Source: Anaeromyxobacteraceae bacterium (lineage in GTDB: Bacteria > Myxococcota > Myxococcia > Myxococcales > Anaeromyxobacteraceae). From it: 64,000 nucleotides of DNA. Under the pieces are notes generated by a model, which had not been told where the DNA came from, did no database searches, and saw only the letters and a program-made list of their open reading frames with translations. Where the stretch lies: the NCBI GenBank assembly GCA_032654565.1, contig JAULAX010000015.1, positions 192,001 through 256,000 on the forward strand. Direction: 5' to 3'. Made by a program: the position numbers and the translations under genes. Of this stretch, positions 57,747 through 64,000 are shown in pieces. Numbering within the stretch: the first letter of the stretch is position 1; each line of letters begins with the position of its first letter.

Positions 57747-60245
57747 ATGCTTCGCACGCCGTCGATGGCTCCAGGTTCCAGGCTGCTGCTCGCGGTCACC
57801 GTCGCGGTCCAGCTGGGCGGCTGCGGCGGCGGGGGTGGCGAGGTGACCCCGCCGCCCCCCGAGGTCTCCGTCCTCGACAAGCTGGGCGTGCCCACCGGGA
57901 CCGAGGCGGCGCGCCCGGACGCGCAGACGCTCCACCCGCTGCAGCGACGGTTCAGCGTCTTCGACAAGAGGAGCGAGCTCTTCATGTCCGGCGTGGTGGC
58001 CTGGGACGCCACCCTGTTCACCGGTCGGTACCTCAACCAGCGCCAGGTCCTGCTCGACGACGCCACCTCGGCCTCGGCGACCACGCCGGCCTACGCCCCC
58101 ATCTTCACCGCCGACGCCAGCCTGGACGGCTGGACCGAGCACGACTCGGCCTCGGTCGCCGCCGACCTCAACGGCGACGGCTTCGAGGAGGTGGTGATCC
58201 TCTACCGCAACACCACCGTCAACCCCGCCAGGGCGTTCCTGCGGGTGATCCGCCGCGCCGCCACCGCCGGCTACGAGCAGTCCGAGGAGTTCGCGCTGGG
58301 CGAGTTCGCCTTCACCACCGGCGCCCCGCTGGGGCCGTTCGCCAACCTGCAGCTGGCCGCCGGCGACATGGACGGCGACGGCGGCGACGAGCTGGCGGCG
58401 GCGCTCGGCAAGACCCTGCTGGTGCTCGACTGGTCCGGCGGCGGCTTCACCACGCTGGCCACGGTGGCCCATCGCCCGGGGGAGACCCGCCCGCAGGTGA
58501 CCACCGTGGCGGTGGGCAACCTCGACCTCGAGCCCAAGGCCGAGCTGGTGGTGGTCAACGGCCTCTACAGCAGCCTCGACGACGCCAACTACTACGTCTA
58601 CTCGCTGGGGCCGAGCGGGCTGACCCTGCGGGCCGGCGGCGACGTCAACCCCATCAAGGAGGCCGAGGACGCCTCCAGCTTCTCCACCGACTACCCGCAG
58701 ATCGCCAAGAACTACGGCTATGCCCGGGTGGCCATCGGCGACCTCGACGGCGACAACCGCAACGAGCTGATCTTCGCGGGCGACGTCTTCAACAACGCGC
58801 TCTCCGTCACCGTGGCCCGGCTGGACCCCGTCAACCGGTCGCTGCAGCGGCTCACCACCAGCCGGTTCCTGATGGGCTGGACGGAGCAGTGGTTGCCTGC
58901 GCTGGCGGTGCTCAACGCCGACGGCTTCGAGGGCGGCCGCAAGAAGGAGCTGCTGGCCTTCAGGTACATCCTCCAGCTGAACGCCGACGGGCGGCTGGTG
59001 CACCGCTGGGGCTCGTCCAACCCCTTCCTCCCGCCCCTGGTCCACCCCACCTACTGGGACAAGGTGGCGGTCGGCGACTTCACCGGGGACGGCCGCGACG
59101 AGGTGGCCTACTTCTACTACTACAACAACCTGCTCTTCATCTTCGGCTACGCCGACGGAGGCTTCCGCGAGCTGAAGCGGATCAACGTGGCCGCCGAGGG
59201 GCACCACACCACGCTCACCGCCGTCAATGTCGACGCCGACTCGCCCATCGTCAAGTACACCGGCGAGTACGAGCTGCTCTGGTCGGCGCCCCAGGTCGTG
59301 GCGGTGCTGGCCGCCCCGCCCTTCTACACCGGCCAGGACGCCGGCCTGGGGAGCACCTCGCTGACCTTCGGGCGGGAGCTGGCCGACGCCGCGACCAACA
59401 CCGTGGGCTTCTACGCCGGCCTCGCCATCGGCTCCAGCGTCGAGACGCCGTTCTGGGGCAGCGCCGGGGCCGCCAAGCTGGCCTTCACCATCGACACCTC
59501 GCTCGACTTCAACTTCACCACCGGCTCGTCCGAGTCGGTGCGGAAGACCTTCGGCAGCCCGGCCACCGAGGACCAGGTGGTCTTCGCCAGCACGCCCATC
59601 GACGTCTACCACTACGAGGTGGTGGTCGCGCCCAGCGGCGGCCCGCCCGGCGAGCGGCTCACGATCCAGCTCCCGCGCACCCCCTGGCTCACCAGCAAGG
59701 AGGTCGGCTGGTACAACTCCAGGGTGGCCGCGGAGTACCGGGTGCCGGCCGAGGTGCTGGGCCACCGCATCGGTGATCCCTGGAGCTACCCGACGCGGGC
59801 CGACATGCTGGCCCTCTTCGCCGACGGGTCGGCGCGGGTCGATCCCGTGGTCGGCGCCTACAGCAGCGTCATCCCCATCCCGCTGGAGGGCGGCTTCCGC
59901 ACCCCGGACCCGTTCATGCTCAACATGGCCCCCGGCGCCGGTGGCTGGCAGGGCATCGAGCTGGGCCGCGGCGCCTCCAGCGGCTTCGGCACCGACTTCA
60001 ACCTGCAGGTGGGCGTGGAGTTCGAGAACGTCGCCAGCGGCGTGCTGGTGGGCGGCAAGGCCGGCTTCCACTACGGCTACTCGCACTCCTTCACCACCAC
60101 CGACAGCACCTCGATCAGCGGCCAGATCCCCAACATCCCCGCCAGCATGGCCGACAAGGCACCCTACTCGGTCGGCCTGTTCGCCTACCCCTACCCCGCC
60201 ACCGGCAGGGGCAAGTACATGGTGGTGAAGTACTGGGTCGAGTAG
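57747..60245 (+). CDS. FG-GAP/VCBS-repeat lipoprotein with Ser/Thr/Gly-rich beta-strand C-terminus
   Basis: Lipobox LGGC; ADLNGDGFEE, GDMDGDGGDE, GNLDLEPKAE, GDLDGDNRNE, GDFTGDGRDE repeats. Confidence 0.85.
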   Translation: MLRTPSMAPGSRLLLAVTVAVQLGGCGGGGGEVTPPPPEVSVLDKLGVPTGTEAARPDAQTLHPLQRRFSVFDKRSELFMSGVVAWDATLFTGRYLNQRQVLLDDATSASATTPAYAPIFTADASLDGWTEHDSASVAADLNGDGFEEVVILYRNTTVNPARAFLRVIRRAATAGYEQSEEFALGEFAFTTGAPLGPFANLQLAAGDMDGDGGDELAAALGKTLLVLDWSGGGFTTLATVAHRPGETRPQVTTVAVGNLDLEPKAELVVVNGLYSSLDDANYYVYSLGPSGLTLRAGGDVNPIKEAEDASSFSTDYPQIAKNYGYARVAIGDLDGDNRNELIFAGDVFNNALSVTVARLDPVNRSLQRLTTSRFLMGWTEQWLPALAVLNADGFEGGRKKELLAFRYILQLNADGRLVHRWGSSNPFLPPLVHPTYWDKVAVGDFTGDGRDEVAYFYYYNNLLFIFGYADGGFRELKRINVAAEGHHTTLTAVNVDADSPIVKYTGEYELLWSAPQVVAVLAAPPFYTGQDAGLGSTSLTFGRELADAATNTVGFYAGLAIGSSVETPFWGSAGAAKLAFTIDTSLDFNFTTGSSESVRKTFGSPATEDQVVFASTPIDVYHYEVVVAPSGGPPGERLTIQLPRTPWLTSKEVGWYNSRVAAEYRVPAEVLGHRIGDPWSYPTRADMLALFADGSARVDPVVGAYSSVIPIPLEGGFRTPDPFMLNMAPGAGGWQGIELGRGASSGFGTDFNLQVGVEFENVASGVLVGGKAGFHYGYSHSFTTTDSTSISGQIPNIPASMADKAPYSVGLFAYPYPATGRGKYMVVKYWVE

Positions 60246-60277
60246 CGGGGGTGGGGGGGCGGCCCCCCCCACTCCAC

Positions 60278-60889
60278 CTACGGCTTGCCGAAGCGGACCT
60301 TGGCGTCGCGGACGCAGCTGTCCTTGGCCTCGCCGGCCAGCACGTCGCACTTGGCCTTGGCCACCGCGTAGTCGGCGTCGCGCTTCTCCTCGGCCGCGTC
60401 GCGGCGGACCTCGGTCTTGGTGGCGGCCGCCTTGGCGTTGGCGTCCTTGGTCGCCTCGGTGGCCTTGGTGTTGGCCTTGGTGGTCTCCAGGGCGGTCCTG
60501 GCGTCGGCCAGGGCGCGGACCTTGGCGGCCTTGGCCTCCTTCACGCAGACGTCCTTGTCGGTGCCGGCCTTGTCGTCACAGTGCTCGACGGCCACGGCGT
60601 AGTCGGCGTCGGCCCTGGCCTCGCGCACGGCGTGGGTGTGCTTGGACGAGGGCTTGGCGGTCGCGGTCAGCTCGGCCTTGGCCACGTGGGCCTTCCCCTT
60701 GGCGGTGGCGACGCAGATGTCCTTGGTGTTGCCGGCCAGCGAGTCGCAGGCCCCCTTGGCGGCCTTCAGGTCGGCCCCGATGACCTTCTCCTGCGCCTCG
60801 ACCTGCGCCTTGGTGAGTCCCTCGGCCATGGCCACCGAGCCGGTTGCCAGGCCTGCCGCCATCACCACCAGCTTGAACGTGAAGCTCAT
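60278..60889 (-). CDS. Secreted Ala/Lys-rich protein with three CDxxAGxxKDxCV repeats
   Basis: Signal peptide ...SVAMA; KGACDSLAGNTKDICV, EHCDDKAGTDKDVCV, AKCDVLAGEAKDSCV. Confidence 0.8.
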   Translation of the reverse strand: MSFTFKLVVMAAGLATGSVAMAEGLTKAQVEAQEKVIGADLKAAKGACDSLAGNTKDICVATAKGKAHVAKAELTATAKPSSKHTHAVREARADADYAVAVEHCDDKAGTDKDVCVKEAKAAKVRALADARTALETTKANTKATEATKDANAKAAATKTEVRRDAAEEKRDADYAVAKAKCDVLAGEAKDSCVRDAKVRFGKP

Positions 60890-60921
60890 CGTGTGTTCCC
60901 CCTGTCGCGTGTGATTGGACA

Positions 60922-61146
60922 TCAGCCGACCTTCGGAATGACCAGGTCCTTCTGGACCTTCTGCCAGTCGTAGAGCTGCTTGCCGGCCGCTTCCTTGGTG
61001 ATCCCGTAGAGCTCCTGGATCTTCCCTGCCAGCTGCTCCCGCTTGCCCGCGATCACGGTCAGGTGATCCTCGGTCAGCTTGCCCCACTGCTCCTTGGCGT
61101 GGCCCCGGTAGTGCTCCCAGCGGCCTTCGATTCGATCCCAGTTCAT
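60922..61146 (-). CDS. CsbD/YjbJ family general stress protein
   Basis: MNWDRIEG.W....G.AKEQWGKLT.D.L..IAGKREQL.GKIQE.YGITKE.A.KQ. Confidence 0.92.
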   Translation of the reverse strand: MNWDRIEGRWEHYRGHAKEQWGKLTEDHLTVIAGKREQLAGKIQELYGITKEAAGKQLYDWQKVQKDLVIPKVG

Positions 61147-61396
61147 CGGCGCTCCCTGTTGGCGATGGTGGTGGTGGCCGATTCACCGGCCGGACTCCGG
61201 CTCCAGCGCTGCACCGACCGTTCCGAAGCCGGCCCCACGCAACCGCCCGCCGTCACTGGGCGGACGGCCGCCGGTCCGGACCCGGGACCCGTCCCGGAGC
61301 GTGCGGCGAACGTTCGAGCGGGCTGGCCGCCCCTCTCTCTCGGCCTGTCTCGGGCGCTCCGCGGCCTCTCCGCGGAGCGCGAGTCAGCGCCCGGGT

Positions 61397-62626
61397 CTAG
61401 AGGATCTGCTTGATGACCAGCGACGCGGAGACCGAGGTGGGGCCTCCGGCCAGCGGCGTGATGGTCAGCGCCGCAGGGTTGTCGGTCGGGTTCCTGACCG
61501 TCAACACCGAGTTGATGACCGAGGTCGACACCAGCACGTGGTTGACGATCTGGGTGGTCGGGGTGGCCCTGCCAGCCACGGTGTCGGCCAGGGCGGCGAC
61601 GCCCGCGCCGCTGTCGAGGCCGAGCATGAGCTGTCCCGCCTCGCTGGCGCTCACCTGCCAGGAGATCTCGTAGACGCCGATGACCGGGAGGACGAACTGG
61701 GTGGCGGAGGCGCGGAGGATGCCGCTGGCGGCGCCCGTCTGCGGGAAGGCCACCGCGGTGCCGGGCGCGACCGTGGCCGCGTTGTCCCCGGGCATGAGTG
61801 CGTAGAAGTAGCCGAAGGCGAGGGCCCCGCCGGCCGGGCCGGTTGCGCCCGTCAGACCGGTGGGGCCGGTCGGGCCGGTGGCGCCCGTCAGGCCGATCGG
61901 GCCGGTCGGGCCGAGGGCGCCCGCGACGCCTGCCGCTCCGACCGCGCCGTTGCAGACGTACTCCGTGCTGGTCGCCAGGGTCCAGCTGATGCCGCCGGTC
62001 GGGCAGTTCACACCCGCAGGTTCAGAGGCGCCCACCACCGAGCTTCCGGCGGGACCGGTGGCGCCGATCGAGCCCTGTGGGCCGGTGAGCCCGATCAGCC
62101 CCTGCGGACCAGTGGGACCGGTCGGTCCCGTCGCCCCGGCCTCGCCGTTGCAGACATAGTCGACGCCGAGCGCGGAGGTGTACTTGGTGCCGCCGGCGGC
62201 GCAGTTGGCTCCCGCCACCTCGACCGCACCGAAGACGGACAGCCCGGCCAGGCCAGCCGCGCCGGTGGCGCCGGCGGGGCCGATCACCCCCTGGGGGCCG
62301 AGGGGGCCGGTGGCGCCTGGCGCTCCCTGCGGGCCGGTCGCGCCGGTCGATCCGGTCAGCCCCTACGGGCCGTCCAGGCCGACTCCACCGGTCAGCCCCA
62401 TGGCGCCGGTGGCGCCGTTGCAGACGAACTCATCTCCGCTCGCCGAGGTGTACTTGACGCCCCCCTGGGCGCAGTTCGCTCCGGGGAGCTCGATGACCGC
62501 GGTCACCGAGACCCCGGGAGGTCCCAGCGTGCAGCAAGCACCGTTGGTTCCATTGGCCCCGTCCTTGCCGCAGGCCGCCATGGTCATCACCAGTGCGACG
62601 CCCAGGAGCCTCGAGATCGTCTTCAT
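61397..62626 (-). pseudogene. Collagen-like lipoprotein with BclA-like C-terminal domain, interrupted by an in-frame TAG at 62363-62365
   Basis: Lipobox MAAC; Gly-X-Y runs in frame on both sides of GP*G; three E.xGxNC..GG...(F/Y)VCNG modules. Confidence 0.8.
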
Positions 62627-62991
62627 GTCATCCCCCTTCAGGTTGGTCCGGCACCAGGCGCACCGGTCCACCGCGCTCGCTCCAGGCAGCGCAGGTGCGA
62701 CAGGCTCGTGGATTCCGCGCCCCCTCCGCGCCGACGACCGGGGGCGCTGGGGTGTAAGTGCACTCTTTATTCCATCCCGGCGGCGACGGGTGATCACGGA
62801 GGAGGAGGCTCGCAGGTGGCGTCTTGACGGGTCGGGGCGACCATCAGCGACCGTCGTCGGTTCCCGGGCAAGCGTTCCCGCAACCGGAACGGGCCGTCCA
62901 CGAACGTTCGCGGACGGGCACGGGCGCCCGGCGTCGCTGCCCCCGCTGCCGGCGCTTCGGAGTCCGGCAGGGCGAGCTCAGCCGGCGCGAG

Positions 62992-64000
62992 TCAGGGGCG
63001 GCGGGCCTTGCCCTCGAGCTCGGCCGCGCCCGGCCGTGCGCGGGCGGGCGGGGTGGTCCGGGGGGACTCGGCCTGGAGGCGCGGCGTCGGTCCGGCGGCG
63101 ACGGGGGGCTGGGCTCCGAGGCGTGCGGTCGCCTGCTGCCGGAGCCTCAGGTTCGGCCCTGTGCTCGCGACCTGGGCGATCGCGGCCTGGCCAGCGGCGT
63201 CGTAGTCGAACCAGAGCAGGTACTCGAGCCGTGCCAGCTGCGCGCTGGCGGCGGCGGCGGCGAGCGCCTGGAGCTCGGCGAGGAAGGTCGCGCCGAGCTC
63301 GGGACCACAGGCGAGGGAGTCCGACCGTGGCCAGGCGACCCGCGGCGCGTGGAAGATGGGGGCCAGGACGGCGAGCCACGGCGACCGCTCCGCCGGCGGG
63401 AGCGCGCGGATCAGGAGGCAGGCCGCCGCCAGGGCCTCGACGGTGGCGCGGTCCGAGTCCAGGGCGTCGTAATAGGCCTGGAACCCGCCGGGGGCGAGCG
63501 GGGGGAGGCCACCGTAGCGGATGGCCCGCTCCTGGTGGGAGGCCGAGCGGGAGGCGAAGAGGTCGCCGGCCACGGTCCCCGGCGTCGGCTGGAGGACGGT
63601 CGCCGGGGCCATGAAGATCTCGTCCGCGATCGGCGTGTCGGGGTGCGCCTCACCCTCGTCGGGCGCGAGGTAGCCGCCCGCGGGGACCGCGACCTCCAGC
63701 GGGACGCCTGGCGTCAGCGTGTGGGTGGTGACTCCGCCCGCGGCGTCCACCACGGTGAGCGGGTAGGGCACCAGCAGCAGGTGGAGCGGGTCCTGGAGCG
63801 TCAGCCTGGCCACCGTGTCCCCCGCGCCGGGCACGAGCGCCGCGGCGAGGACGGGCAGGTCGAACCGCGGCAGGATGGCGAGGACCTGCTGGATCTCCAG
63901 CTCGGTGAGATCCGGCGAGAAGGCCCTGACGAACTGCTCGCCGGTGGCGCTGCCCCAGGCATGGTCGGCCAGGAACTGGCGGAGGTGCGCCCAGAACGCG
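62992..64000 (-). CDS. C-terminal part of a protein starting beyond the window, possibly an M1-family aminopeptidase
   Basis: Open to the edge: AFWAHLRQFLADHAWGSATGEQF resembles the post-catalytic helix of M1 peptidases; catalytic motifs not visible. Confidence 0.5.
   Translation of the reverse strand, partial: AFWAHLRQFLADHAWGSATGEQFVRAFSPDLTELEIQQVLAILPRFDLPVLAAALVPGAGDTVARLTLQDPLHLLLVPYPLTVVDAAGGVTTHTLTPGVPLEVAVPAGGYLAPDEGEAHPDTPIADEIFMAPATVLQPTPGTVAGDLFASRSASHQERAIRYGGLPPLAPGGFQAYYDALDSDRATVEALAAACLLIRALPPAERSPWLAVLAPIFHAPRVAWPRSDSLACGPELGATFLAELQALAAAAASAQLARLEYLLWFDYDAAGQAAIAQVASTGPNLRLRQQATARLGAQPPVAAGPTPRLQAESPRTTPPARARPGAAELEGKARRP

Noticed and set aside
62363..62365. Pyrrolysine recoding of the TAG
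   Set aside because: No pyl genes in the window, and a collagen X/Y position is an implausible Pyl site; nonsense mutation or error is simpler.

Overview
Very GC-rich (by eye >70%) bacterial DNA whose gene content and protein styles (DUF4215/Cys-rich repeats, a MYXO-CTERM-like tail, DUF6982-like protein) suggest an Anaeromyxobacter-like member of the Myxococcota. This taxonomy is an inference. About 1-45 kb is mostly core or metabolic genes: bioAD, mnmA, a YgiQ radical SAM, thiolase, tatBC, an MCP, PBP1A, an RluA-family synthase, a CheB-CheR fusion plus PAS hybrid kinase, a FabMG-type enoyl-ACP reductase, a TAP-like hydrolase/NatAB-like ABC operon, etfAB, ptb-buk and iorAB-paaK. This part also holds a small RHH/ParE-like toxin-antitoxin pair and a ~650-bp palindrome-rich non-coding element at 30.1-30.75 kb. 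About 45.5-64 kb is an accessory block of large secreted or lipo-proteins (Zn-phospholipase C-like, DUF4215, M4 peptidase, FG-GAP, collagen-like, M1-like). It also contains two unusual fusions: a 2Fe-2S ferredoxin-AlkB/XylM monooxygenase without a reductase domain, and an ArsC-ArsN2-like fusion that has lost its catalytic cysteines. Three lesions are visible: a homopolymer frameshift in cheBR, an in-frame amber stop in the collagen gene, and an internally shortened ACT gene. No rRNA, tRNA, CRISPR array, transposase or integrase was recognised. All family assignments come from motif recognition by eye, not from database searches.
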